Positions 1 to 10,842 of a DNA stretch of 64,000 bases are shown here, piece after piece. Each line of letters starts with the position of its first letter. Position 1 is the first letter of the stretch. The notes below the pieces were generated by a model, which was not told the origin of the DNA, ran no database searches, and saw only the letters and a program-made list of their open reading frames with translations. Both the position numbers and the translations under genes were made by a program. The stretch is taken from positions 103,686-167,685 of the forward strand of contig NW_003314410.1 of assembly GCF_000143415.4 (NCBI RefSeq), in the 5' to 3' direction. Source of the DNA: Selaginella moellendorffii. Taxonomy: Eukaryota; Plantae; Lycopodiophyta.

Positions 1-181
1 CGATCGATTTAATCCCGGTAGTTTCTTGATGTTTAACCCAAAGGTCTCGTTCTTAGTAACTTCACAAGCTTTCGCTAATCGATCAGCTTCTTCCGGCAGA
101 TTTCTTAAGTTTGACTGTTCGCGGCAATTTGATTTTTCGCCACAATTTCTCGCGGCAAATCGAATCGAGCGGGTTTGACTT

Positions 182-2149
182 TTGGCATCGCTGGATCGGC
201 TGAGCGAGGCGATCGATCGCCTCGACTTTTGCCCCAGCTCGTCGTGCACGCCGGCGGCGTACGCGTCGCTCCTCCAGCAATGCGGGCGCGCGCAAGCGCT
301 GGAGCAGGGGCGGCGCCTCCACGCGCGGATCGCCGCCACCGGCCACGCCACCGACCGCTACCTCTGCAACCTCCTCGTCCAGATGTACGGCAGGTGCCGC
401 AGCGTCGGCGAGGCGCGTTCGGTCTTCCGCGGCATCAAGCGCCGCAACGTCTTCTCCTGGAACATCATGCTCGCGGCGTATGCCCACAACGGGCATTACG
501 ATCTCGCGCGGGCGGTCTTTGAGGAGATGCCCGAGAGAGACACAGTGTCATGGAACGAGATGCTTGGAGCTTACGCGAAGGGTGGTTTGTTGCGTGAGGC
601 GAGAGAGTGCTTCGATCGGATACCAGCCCCGGACGTTGTGTCGTGGACGCTCATGGTTTCGGCATATGCCATGGCTGGGCATTTTTTAGAGGCCATTTTG
701 ATGTTCCGGCGGATGGATCTCGAGGGCGTCCACCCCGACCGAGTTATGTATGTGATCATCCTCGACGCTTGTGCAAGCGTTTTGGCGCTGGATCTGGGAC
801 GGATCATCCACTCTTGTCTACTCGACGGGCATGAGCATGATTTTGGGATGAACTTGGTCGTGCGAACCGCGCTCGTCAACCTGTATGGCAAGTGTGGCGC
901 TGTGGAAGACGCTCAGAGTGTTTTCGACAGCTACTTTCTCTCAAAACAGGGTGATCAATCAGACAAAGAACAAGGTATCACGCTGTGGAACGCGATGATG
1001 GCAGCATATGCTCAAAACGGGCAGATCGCCAGAGCCGTAGACCTCTTCGGCAAGATGCCCGCCAGAGACGTGATCTCGTGGAACACAATGGTTGCCGCGC
1101 TTGCTCAGAACGAGATGGAGAAAGCCGCCATGGAAACCTTCTCGCTGATGGATCTCGAGGGCGTGCAGCCGAACGAGATCACCTTCATCGCGGCGATCGA
1201 CGCATGCTCCAAGCTCGGCAGCCTCGCTATCGCCGAGCTCGTCCACTCGAGCGTCCGCTTCTGCGGCTTCCAATCTGACGTAAGAATCGGAAACGCTCTT
1301 CTCAACATGTATGGCAAATGCGGGTGCGTGGAGGTCGCTAGAGAGGTCTTTCGCAATATGCCAGAGAAAAACGTTGTCTCTTGGAGCGCGCTCATCTCGG
1401 CCTACAGCCAAAACCACCGCTGCAAGGAAGCTCTCGCTTCGTACCGCCAGATGATCCACGAAGGAGTGAAACCAAACGAGGTGACACTCCTGGGAGCGAT
1501 CGACGCCTGCGCGGGATCTGCCGTAGCAGCGGACGCCGAGGCAATTCACACCAACGTCAGGGACTACTCCAGCTTGATCAACGTCGAACTCGCCACAAAC
1601 CCGGTGATCGGAAACGCGATCATCAACATGCACGGGAAGTGTGGCAACCTCGCCGCCGCCATGGCCGCGTTCGCCAAGCTCGGCTCCAGAAGGAACGTCA
1701 TCTCCTGGAACACGATCATCGGCGCGTATGCCCACTCGGGGAATACCCAGGGAGCGATCGAGCTCTTCCGGGCTATGGCGGTGGACGGGGCAGTACCGCC
1801 CAACGAAGGCTGCTTCACCAGCGTTCTCTCGAGCTGCAACCACGCCGGACTCTTGGGCGACGCTTGCGACTACTTCGCGATGATGGTAGCGGACTTTGGC
1901 ATCGCCCCCGTGACGGAGCACTTCCACTGCATGATCGACGTGCTGGGACGAGCCGGGAGGCTGGCGGAGGTGGCGGAGCTGATCAAGAGCATGCCATGCA
2001 AGGCCGACGTTATTGCCTGGACGGCTTTCGTGGATGCGTGTAAGACGCACGGAGAGTTTGGCAAGGCAGGAGAGGTGGTCTTGGAGAAAGGATTTGTGCC
2101 ATCAAACTCTGGCCCTTACGCACTGCTTTCTAACATGTACGCTGCGTGA
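182..2149 (+). CDS. PLS-class pentatricopeptide repeat protein ending in an E domain (no DYW)
   Basis: Intronless 655-aa ORF with repeated PLS motifs (MYGKCG..A..VF, D/NVVSW..M..AYA). It ends in an E-like domain (EHFHCMIDVLGRAGRL...GPYALLSNMYAA*). The frame opens at TTG 182 just after an in-frame TGA (176-178); the first ATG is at 383, so the true start is uncertain. Confidence 0.92.
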   Translation: MASLDRLSEAIDRLDFCPSSSCTPAAYASLLQQCGRAQALEQGRRLHARIAATGHATDRYLCNLLVQMYGRCRSVGEARSVFRGIKRRNVFSWNIMLAAYAHNGHYDLARAVFEEMPERDTVSWNEMLGAYAKGGLLREARECFDRIPAPDVVSWTLMVSAYAMAGHFLEAILMFRRMDLEGVHPDRVMYVIILDACASVLALDLGRIIHSCLLDGHEHDFGMNLVVRTALVNLYGKCGAVEDAQSVFDSYFLSKQGDQSDKEQGITLWNAMMAAYAQNGQIARAVDLFGKMPARDVISWNTMVAALAQNEMEKAAMETFSLMDLEGVQPNEITFIAAIDACSKLGSLAIAELVHSSVRFCGFQSDVRIGNALLNMYGKCGCVEVAREVFRNMPEKNVVSWSALISAYSQNHRCKEALASYRQMIHEGVKPNEVTLLGAIDACAGSAVAADAEAIHTNVRDYSSLINVELATNPVIGNAIINMHGKCGNLAAAMAAFAKLGSRRNVISWNTIIGAYAHSGNTQGAIELFRAMAVDGAVPPNEGCFTSVLSSCNHAGLLGDACDYFAMMVADFGIAPVTEHFHCMIDVLGRAGRLAEVAELIKSMPCKADVIAWTAFVDACKTHGEFGKAGEVVLEKGFVPSNSGPYALLSNMYAA

Positions 2150-2230
2150 AACCTTGGAAGTGCATAAGATCACATCAAACTACGTCAAATTTAATTAATT
2201 ACTTGATTCTTCTGTACAAGTGGCTCGACT

Positions 2231-3245
2231 CTAAAGAGGAGGAAAAAAGAGAGATTTAGAAGTCTAGAGCGCGAGTGACGCTCCAGCTCCAGCTGGTTGC
2301 TTGGATCCAGCGAGCTGAAGATTTCCCACCCCACTGGCAACTGGCGTCACGTTGGTGTATTTGGCAATCGCATCTCTCAATCTTTGGATCTGCATCGGAG
2401 GTAATCACAGTCACAGTCAGGTCAGTCCGGCAAAAATCTCTAGAGAGAAATTTTCAATCCAGCTCTCACCTTTGAGATGGTGCAAGAGAATGACTCGAGG
2501 TGGCCCTGAGCGCGGTACACAAAGAAGAGCGGCAGCACCTTGACATTCAAGGCCTTGCAGATCTCCGTGTTGTCATCGTAGTTAATCTTGAGGAAGAGAA
2601 CCTCCGGATGCTCCTTTGCGATCTTACACAGCTGCGCGTATTCACCCAAAATCAGTCCCAAGAAAGAAAAAAAACGCTTTTTTTTTGGAGAGGAAAGTAA
2701 AAGAAGCATTCAATCACCTTTGGATAGAGCGTTCTACAGCCGTTGCAATGTCTTGCGTAGAAATCCACAATGACGAGTCTATCCCCGGCATTGGAGAGTG
2801 CGTCAATGAATTCTTGCATGGAGTGGATTTCCACCATGTTGGGCGCCCCATCCTTATCCCACCATTTCAACCACGGTGCCGTGTTCAACACCTATCACCG
2901 CGTCACACATACCGTTAGAGAAAGAAGAAAAAAATTTCACTTCTAAGTCAAACAAATCACCCGCATACTTGAGGAACTAGAAAATTCCCTCGCAAAGAGG
3001 ATAAAAAATCTCACCTTGGACATCCCCGAAGAGCCCGCTCTCAATCTCGAGCAATGTTGCCGCTGCTGCTGCCGATTTCTGACAGCCAGCTGCCGAGAAA
3101 TCCCCCAAAACTGCGAACTCCATGGAGCAGCGCCCAATCTCACGCACGAATGCGACGACGACGATGCTACCGACGATTCCCCTACCACAAGCCGCGCGTT
3201 CTCACTCGACAAGATTCTCGCAGTGGGATGCAAGACCTGCGCCAT
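2231..3245 (-). CDS. Chloroplast atypical Cys/His-rich (ACHT/Lilium-type) thioredoxin, 4 exons
   Basis: Exons 3245-3015, 2891-2718, 2631-2470 and 2389-2231 with GT-AG introns. Transit-peptide-like N-terminus, then KWW...[47 protein letters not shown]...[32 protein letters not shown]. Confidence 0.88.
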
Positions 3246-4085
3246 TTCCCGAGGATTTGAGAGACCGCGCGCTGAAATTTCCTCTGATTCAAGCCTATCT
3301 AGGATGAAATGGAAAACCTCTGGGGCCGCGATCGACAAGAAATGGATGAATGCGCTACCAATTTCGGAAAACTACACACCGCCGGGAAGAGAAGAGTGCA
3401 CCTGGACAGAGAATCGCACGCTCGCTCGCTCGATTCCTTGGCGGCTAGCTGACCTAATAGTCTAGACGCTTCCCTTCGCGTGGACGAAAGGGAGTGTTCT
3501 TCGATTGTGGATGAGTCGTGGCCAGTTTCCCCCTTTAAAGCGTCCACACGATTCCGCCCGTCAAACGCATCGCCGCCGTCCGCGTGCCTGGTAGATTCCG
3601 GAATAGCACCCGCGATCCACGCCATCCGTGTGTCCTCATCCAGTAACGAGTGGCCAGAATTTTCTATACGTGTGGCTAAATGGATATGGAGGGAATTTTG
3701 AAAGGAGCTTCCAAGCTGGAGGCGGGCCATAGTCGATAAGATCCACCGTCCGTTCCTGGCACATCTGACGGCCGCAATAAAAAGTACGACGATCTTTTGA
3801 CAGGTATAGCCTAATGCGGCCCACTAACTCTTTCGGTGGGAGGGATGCATTTGTCAATACCGTGTCAATGTTGTGATGAAATAAGATTTGGAGAACTATG
3901 GGCGAATATGATAGCATCTTTTCTTTTGTGTGGCAACCCACAAATTCCTGGCATTGACAACTACCATGTGTCGCTGGCTCCATGCTTCGCCACAACTTTG
4001 GATCATCTGATACGTTGCTGGTGTGCCTGTGTGAGCATCAAAACCAGGCACGTCGCCCGTGAGGGACAAATATCTACCAAGAGCC

Positions 4086-5948
4086 CTAATCGCCGCGCAA
4101 ACAAGTCCACTCCAAAGAATCTGGGACAAAGGGCATCTCCGCCACAAGCTCGTGGGCTTCCGCCACGTAGCCGCCCCTTGCGAGCGCGTCCACGATACAA
4201 TTGTAGTGCTGCTTCGTCGGCCGTACGGCAAAGTCGTACGCCATGGACCGGAGGTAGGACCCGGCGAGAAAGCACCGCCCCGAGTGGCTGCACGCGTTTA
4301 GGACGAGCACCCAGCACACGGCGTCCGGTGAGACCGTACATTTGGCCAGGTCGAATAGGGCCACCGCCCCGTCGGTGTGGCCGTACGCGCACAGCAGTGT
4401 GGCCCAGGAAGCGAGGGTTTGATCCGGCATTGCGTCAAAGAATTTCTTGGCTCGATTAGGGCCGCCCATCTGGGCGTGGGCGGCGAGCATCGTGTTCCAG
4501 GCGATGGCGTCGCGGCACGGCATTGCCGCGAACAGGCTCCTGGCAGCGTCGATATCTCGATTGGAGCAGTGCATTGCCAGGATCGCGTTCCACGACTGTG
4601 GGTTTCGCTGCGGCATCGAGTGAAATAGCGCGAGGGCTCGATTGACATCGCTGCTGGTAGCGTGCGCCGCCAGGATTGTGTTCCAGGAAGTGGTGTCGCG
4701 ATGAGGCATCTGCTCGAACAGGCATTGCGACTGCTCCAAATCTCCGGCCCTCACCGAAGCGAGCAGCATTGTGTTCCAGGAGGTTTGATTTCCATGCGGC
4801 ATCTGTGAGAAATGCCGCCTTGCCATTTCCAAATGCCCTGTCGTGGCAAATGCTTCGAGCAGTAGATTCCACGATTCGATGCTTCGTTCGGGAACACTGC
4901 CAAAAGTTCTTCTCGCGTCCTCAAAACTATTGCTTTCCACAAACGCTGTGAGCATTGCGTTCCAAGCAACAAGATCGCGCTCTTTCATCCCATCAAAGAG
5001 ATCCTTTGCCAGATCCAGATGCCCGTTCACGGCATATGCGGTGAGCATCACGGTCAAAGATACCGGCGTCTGGACCGGTATCTCACGAAATATTCGCTCA
5101 GCCTCTTCCAGATTCCCCTCCTGCGCGAAAGCGTTTATCACGGTCGTCCACGCCACGACATTCCTCTCGGGCATTCTATCCAACAGCCACGTGGCACCCG
5201 ACAGATTCCGGGACTGGCAATAAGCGGCCAGGATCACAGTCCACGACACGAGATCCCGGAATGGCATCTCATCAAATAGTTTCTTGGCGGCATCCAGCCG
5301 TCCAGCCTGCCCGAGGGCGGCGATCATGGCCGTAGATGACACCAGATTCCTTTCCGGAATTAGCTCGTGAAAGATTTCTATGGCTGAGACTAAATCCCCG
5401 AGCTGGGCATTTGCCGTAAGGATAGAATTCCACGACACAAGATTGACAAGGGGCATTTGCGCAAATACTTCGCAAGATCGATCAAGAAACCCTGCTCGCG
5501 CATTTGCTGCTAGAATTGTTGTCCAGGAGATGATATCCTTCTCGGGCATCCGATCAAACAGATCTCTCGCGAGATCCAATTCCCCAGCCTTGGCAAATGC
5601 CGCGAGCATCGTGTTGCAAGAGACAATGCTCGCCTCCGGCATGGCGGCGAAGAACAATCGCGCTTGCTGGAAATCCCCATTCCGGGTGTAGCACGAGAGC
5701 ATCGAGTCCCAGGTGTAGAAATCTTTGTGCCGGGTGGAATCGAAGACCTCGCGCGCGAGAGCGGCGCCATCGCAGCGCGCGTACATCTGGATGAGCTTGT
5801 TGGACAGGAAAGGATCGCCATCGGCGGCCCTAAGATCCACGGAGCTGGCCAAGCAAGCGTGGAGCTCTCGAGCCTGGGGCAAATCCTGACAGGCCTCGAT
5901 CGCGTGAAGGATCTCTTTTCTCGTATCCCCAGCGATGGCGAGATTCAT
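4086..5948 (-). CDS. PLS/SS-rich pentatricopeptide repeat protein with truncated E domain
   Basis: Long ORF of about 31-aa repeats (FD.MP.RD.VSW..ML.A.A..G.L..A) ending QHYNCIVDALARGG...MPFVPDSLEWTCL. Likely ATG at 5948 (MNLAIAG); the frame stays open to 6056. Confidence 0.9.
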   Translation of the reverse strand: MNLAIAGDTRKEILHAIEACQDLPQARELHACLASSVDLRAADGDPFLSNKLIQMYARCDGAALAREVFDSTRHKDFYTWDSMLSCYTRNGDFQQARLFFAAMPEASIVSCNTMLAAFAKAGELDLARDLFDRMPEKDIISWTTILAANARAGFLDRSCEVFAQMPLVNLVSWNSILTANAQLGDLVSAIEIFHELIPERNLVSSTAMIAALGQAGRLDAAKKLFDEMPFRDLVSWTVILAAYCQSRNLSGATWLLDRMPERNVVAWTTVINAFAQEGNLEEAERIFREIPVQTPVSLTVMLTAYAVNGHLDLAKDLFDGMKERDLVAWNAMLTAFVESNSFEDARRTFGSVPERSIESWNLLLEAFATTGHLEMARRHFSQMPHGNQTSWNTMLLASVRAGDLEQSQCLFEQMPHRDTTSWNTILAAHATSSDVNRALALFHSMPQRNPQSWNAILAMHCSNRDIDAARSLFAAMPCRDAIAWNTMLAAHAQMGGPNRAKKFFDAMPDQTLASWATLLCAYGHTDGAVALFDLAKCTVSPDAVCWVLVLNACSHSGRCFLAGSYLRSMAYDFAVRPTKQHYNCIVDALARGGYVAEAHELVAEMPFVPDSLEWTCLRGD

Positions 5949-5981
5949 GCCAGGGAACCAGGTAGGGTTCTTGGCATTTCC

Positions 5982-7262
5982 ATGGACGAGCGCCACTGGC
6001 CGACGCAGGATCACGTCGATGAAATCCGCAAGAATGTGGAAGCGATGGGCGCTCAATCAGGAGGCTTCCAGATCGTGGCGTCGCCATACCGGATCTGCCC
6101 ACTGGGCGCCCACGTCGATCACCAGGGCGGCGCCGTCACGACCATGGCGCTGGATCGTGGCGTGCTCCTGGGATTCGCGGCGGCCGCGGGGCCGGAGATC
6201 CGCGTGAGGTCGGCCCAATTCCCTGGCGAGGTGAGCTTCCGGATCCCGCAAGAATCCACCAACATCGAGCATTGCGACGCGGAGTCCCAGTGGGGTGATC
6301 TCGCCCGCGGCGCTTGCTACGCGCTCCTCCGCGCGGGGCACGCCATCTCCAGGGGGATCGTCGCCTTCCTCGACGGCGGCGAGGGATTCCATGGCTGTGG
6401 CGTGAGCTCCTCCGCGGCGGTGGGGATCGCCTTCCTCCTCGCGATGGAGCGCGCCAACGATCTCCTCGTCTCGCCCGAGGCCAACGTAGAGCTCGACCGG
6501 ATCCTCGAGAACGAGTTCCTGGGCGTCAAGAACGGTGTCATGGACCAATCGGCCATTCTCTTCGCGAGACCGGGCTGCCTCACGCTCATCCGGTGCCACG
6601 AGCTCGATCGAACGCATCAATCTCTCCAGTTTGGAGGAGGAGGAGGAGGATCGAGCTACAAGATCTTGCTCGCCTTCTCGGGCCTCCGCCACGCGCTGGC
6701 ATCCAAGCCCGGGTTTAATCTCCGGGTGTCCGAGTGTAACAAGGCCGCCAAGTTCCTTCTCGAGGCCGCCGGGAGGGACAAGAAGAGAAAGGTGGCGGTG
6801 CTTGGCGACGTAGCTCCGGAGGAGTATACTCGGCTCAAAGCGAAGCTAGCGGCGGTGGAGGGCGGCCATCTCGCGAGGCGGGCGGAGCATTTCTTCTCGG
6901 AGAGAGCTCGGGTGGAGGCCAGCGTCAAGGCTTGGGTGGCGGGGGACCTGGCGGAGTTTGGGCGGCTCATGACCGAGTCCGGGCGGAGCTCCATCGAGAA
7001 CTACGAGTGTGGCTGCGAGGCGCTGATTGATCTGTGGGGGATACTGGCGGAGGCGCCGGGTGTGTATGGAGCGCGGTTTAGCGGCGCGGGGTTTCGAGGC
7101 TTCTGCGTTGCGCTGGTGAAGGCGGAGATGGCGGACGAGGCTGCGAGGTTTGTGAGGAGAAAGTATCGGGAGGCACAGCCAGAGCTCTCGAAGAATGTTG
7201 GTGGCGATCAAGGCGTGGTGATATGCGATTCTGGCGGCTGCGCATCCCTTATGGATTTGTGA
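5982..7262 (+). CDS. GALAK: Galacturonokinase (GHMP kinase family), intronless
   Basis: MDERHWPT...SPYRICPLGAHVDHQGG, GHMP motif GCGVSSSAAVG, ENEFLGVKNGVMDQSAIL, SGRSSIENYECG and GARFSGAGFRG match plant GalAK. The upstream in-frame extension to 5664 is the antisense of the PPR gene. Confidence 0.92.
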   Translation: MDERHWPTQDHVDEIRKNVEAMGAQSGGFQIVASPYRICPLGAHVDHQGGAVTTMALDRGVLLGFAAAAGPEIRVRSAQFPGEVSFRIPQESTNIEHCDAESQWGDLARGACYALLRAGHAISRGIVAFLDGGEGFHGCGVSSSAAVGIAFLLAMERANDLLVSPEANVELDRILENEFLGVKNGVMDQSAILFARPGCLTLIRCHELDRTHQSLQFGGGGGGSSYKILLAFSGLRHALASKPGFNLRVSECNKAAKFLLEAAGRDKKRKVAVLGDVAPEEYTRLKAKLAAVEGGHLARRAEHFFSERARVEASVKAWVAGDLAEFGRLMTESGRSSIENYECGCEALIDLWGILAEAPGVYGARFSGAGFRGFCVALVKAEMADEAARFVRRKYREAQPELSKNVGGDQGVVICDSGGCASLMDL

Positions 7263-7291
7263 AGCATTTCTCTTTTTTTTTCTTCTTTCTT

Positions 7292-9798
7292 TCAGAGTGG
7301 GATTGTTTTGGTCATTCTGCTGTGCTCGTTTTCCAGCCTGCGAGAGAGAAGCATTACTTCCGATATAACGGAGTAGAGGATTGGTTCTTTACCTGAAAAA
7401 GTTCCAGAGGCCTCTCCTGAGAACTTCCAAGAACGCAAACATGAACTGCACCACCTGTTGATCCGTGCCGGCACGAAAAGATAAAAAAGAATGCAGCCAC
7501 GCAAAGCGAAGAAATGAGTTGACAACCTGTGCACGTAACAGGCATGAGTTGTTGATATTACTACCACGAGTACTCACCATGGACGCGATGTAGATTGCTT
7601 TCTTCGTGAGGATGAGCTCGTCTCGGAGCCAAGGATTGCGTGACCGTCGCTGGAGCAGCCCCCAGTCCATGACGAGATCCCAATAGAGCTGGTACATCGT
7701 TGTACACAAAGATATGACTATGAATGATACGAACCAGAGTGTGGAGCCTGTTCTTGCGTACGCAAACTTGGCCATGAGCGAAAGCATTCCGCACAAATAC
7801 TTGGCAGCGTTGGCAAGCTGTACTTGATCTCCGTCATGCCATTTCCTGAGGCACTAGAAAAGGCAAGATCACTCCAGGCTCTGGAAGAGAGTCGTACCTG
7901 GAGAATTCTCCACCACTGCGGAAGCAAAAGCATGGCACACTGATATGTAGTAGTGAAGCAGACTGCAGTGTCGCCAGCCAGAACACGGCCTCCATGGTAG
8001 CACACGGAAAAGCCAAGATCCTTGAGAGCTGAAGCCTGCGATGGAATGGATCTAGCTAGAAAAACGAAAGTGCGGAATAAAAAATGCGGAAGAACACTGA
8101 TACCTGGCTAGTAAGCTGGTCAGCAAAGAAAAAATCTGCAAACCTGACCTGCAAAAAGATATCAAAAACGTTCAGCAAGCTACCTCAGGCTGGGATGGAG
8201 ACGAACTTCAGAAAGAGGCGAAAAGATGGTCCGGGCGATCAGCCGCAGAAGACCATATCGTGCAGGCTTGTAGAAATAATTGTAAGGAATAACAAGTAGA
8301 GCCACCACAACCTGAATCCATCTTCAGCAGATTTGTTAGAAGTGGCATGACTGCTTTCTTAGAATCACTGCTTCACTTACCACAATAACAAGAAGCGGCA
8401 TGTCATTGGTCGTGACAGCTTGAATGGCCAAAATATCAGCACCAAGGTAAAGAACCATGCCGAGTAGCAAAATCGCGGCAAGAGCAAGACTTATGAGGAA
8501 AATGTCTTGGTGTTTTAGATCCGCTCCCGGCGCCATCTCAAGCATGGAGGCATAGTGAATCCGCGCCCGCTGCCAGAAGTAGACGTTGCAGGCATACATG
8601 CACAAGTGGAGCACAAATAACGCGAGAGTGCTGTAAAGGATTTAAACGCAGCTCCTTCAAACGTGAACTTTGATCATACCCGAATATTGAAAACGTTGTC
8701 AGCATGGCCGCTCCCCTCTTCCTACGAGAAAGAATATGTAGCAGCACGAAGGCTGCAAGCAATCCCAGGCAGCTCCCCGTCACAAGCCCTGCAAGGCCGC
8801 AACACACTTTGCGAATTACATGGCCGGTATGCAAGTCACGTACCAGAGTAGAAACTTGTACGCGAGGATGACGAAGTGTAGTACCATCCCTTGATGAAAG
8901 TGTGCTTGACAATGCTGTTCACTTGGTCCATCGTGTCAAGCAACTGCTTCCACGAACAAGTCACAAGATTTTTCCAAGCAGCAAAAGACATGCCTTATGC
9001 GAGGTCCGAAAGTACGACGTTTCCACAGCTCTCATGTACGCAGAGCTCACGTTTTGTCCTGTGATCTGCAGCGCACGGCAAAGGACCCCGTAAGATTGCT
9101 TCCCAGGAACGGAAAAGCGTGATCACGGTACCTTGTCGAATTTTTTCGTGATTTTCCAGAATGCCATCCTATTTAGCGTGCTGCAGCCAACACACCAAAG
9201 ATCAGCATTCGCGAATTCCTGATCAATCCGGACCTGTAGTTACGTAGAAGAGAAAGTTGTCTGCAAAGATCGGCCACCGCATTGCAAAGAGAGCTCGACT
9301 TCCGCGCATCTGTAAGTAATGGAAATTAGCAAAACTATCAAAAGAGATGCTACAAACCTCCAGTAACTGAGTGGTGATCATTCTCGAGCTGGAGTAGTAG
9401 CATACGCGCTCTCGATTCGAGTTCTCCTTCCCTGGCGATATAGAAACCATTGACAATGCCGAGCTGCAAATCGAGCGCCCGGAAAAATGCTCGCTCATTC
9501 TCGCTAGCGGCGGAATCCAGCTCCGTCTCAAATGCCGCATGGCCGCCCCGCGAATGCACAACAATCTGGAACAACATCCCACCAAAATATAATTCGCAAC
9601 CACGATCGATCGCCAAGAAAGAAAGATTACTTCGATCTTCCTGCGGCGCCTGCCAAGGAGGTAACCTGGCATCCAAGATCGCCGTGCCGGACCGGAGCGC
9701 TTGATCTTGCGGAGCTCCTTCTTGAGATCCTTGTAATCGCAGTAGGAATCCCGCCATTCCGGCACCAGCTGCCACTGGAGCTGCTTCTGGAATTTCAT
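7292..9798 (-). CDS. PHO1: PHO1-family SPX-EXS phosphate exporter, multi-exon
   Basis: SPX start MKFQKQLQWQLVPEWRDSYCDYKDLKK and lysine cluster LNRMAFWKITKKFDK. EXS motifs DFFFADQLTSQ, YWDLVMDWGLL, NPWLRDEL and LEVLRRGLWNFFRLENEH. Stop at 7292-7294. Not all internal exon borders were resolved. Confidence 0.9.
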
Positions 9799-10008
9799 GA
9801 TTCGGCCGCGATGCCGCTGCTGCTACGCAATAGCGGGCAAGGTTGAGGTCCTCCTCCTCGACGGCATTACGATTGCGCCGCGGGAACTCTGCAAAGCATC
9901 GCGCTGCTAGGGACATTATAAGAACGGGCGTCCAGCGAACGAGATTCCTATGATGGACAGTGACGCTACCACGGCACGCACAAACAACGCTTCGCCTCTT
10001 CCGCAAGC

Positions 10009-10108
10009 NNNNNNNNNNNNNNNNNNNNNNNNNNNNNNNNNNNNNNNNNNNNNNNNNNNNNNNNNNNNNNNNNNNNNNNNNNNNNNNNNNNNNNNNNNNN
10101 NNNNNNNN
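10009..10108. other. Assembly gap (100 N)
   Basis: Run of exactly 100 N, a typical placeholder of unknown size. Confidence 1.
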
Positions 10109-10842
10109 CAACAAAAAAAGAAAGACTGAGATCCATATATATGCAAGTTTTTCCCATTTTGGAACTGTGTACTTAATTATCTTATATGATTAATTTAGAA
10201 ATATTGAGATAATAAACATCTAGATAGTAATTAAAATAAAATTCACAAATGAATTATATTACACACACCTACTTTTCCAATCAATGTATGAAACGTAAAA
10301 GTTATGTTAATTAGTGAATATTATACTTGTTTCATCTCCGCTTGTCACCTTTGCGATTGCATCATTGATTTCGATTTTAAGCCACTACAAGGGTGTGGAG
10401 CGTAGCATCCATTCAGTGAGACTTGTTACACGGCCACCACTTTCTTGCATCCAATACCTGTTTGGCAATGCAAAGTTTTTTACAGCAGTGAATACTCAGC
10501 TTTCATCAGGCTCATACTGTCCGTCCCAGGAGGCCGAGAAAGGCTGGAGAGCTTAACACGAAGTTAGACAAAAGCTGAACTCGTGCTCTGGTGAGGGAGA
10601 TCGGGTGTCTAACTGGTAATACCTACAATGAGACACAGTTAACAGTTTTTTGTTACAGGCAGGGACAGACAAAATAGCGAGGTAAAAAACGGTCAGCTCA
10701 ATCCGCACCGTTTAAGTTGTCTGTGATCGTTGAACAGATATTTATTTTTCTCGACGCTCTCTCGATCCTCGCTACCTAGGTTTTGTGTTCTGCGCGAGTG
10801 CTTGACGAAGAATGCGAGCTACTGCTACTGCTGAACGGGTAA

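Noticed and set aside
959-2050. Long antisense or alternative-frame ORFs over the PPR, GalAK, BAHD, PIRL and RPL12 genes (e.g. 959-2050, 17346-18143, 33051-34061, 35361-35948)
   Set aside because: These are shadows of GC-rich codon usage in the real genes and contain no recognisable motifs.
3299-4000. ORFs between the second PPR gene and the thioredoxin
   Set aside because: No recognisable domain or consistent exon chain; may be UTR, promoter or a frameshifted PPR tail.
5664-5981. N-terminal extension of the 532-aa GalAK ORF
   Set aside because: It is the antisense of the PPR coding region; GalAK homology starts at ATG 5982.
9916-10193. ORFs crossing the N run
   Set aside because: Artefacts of the assembly gap.
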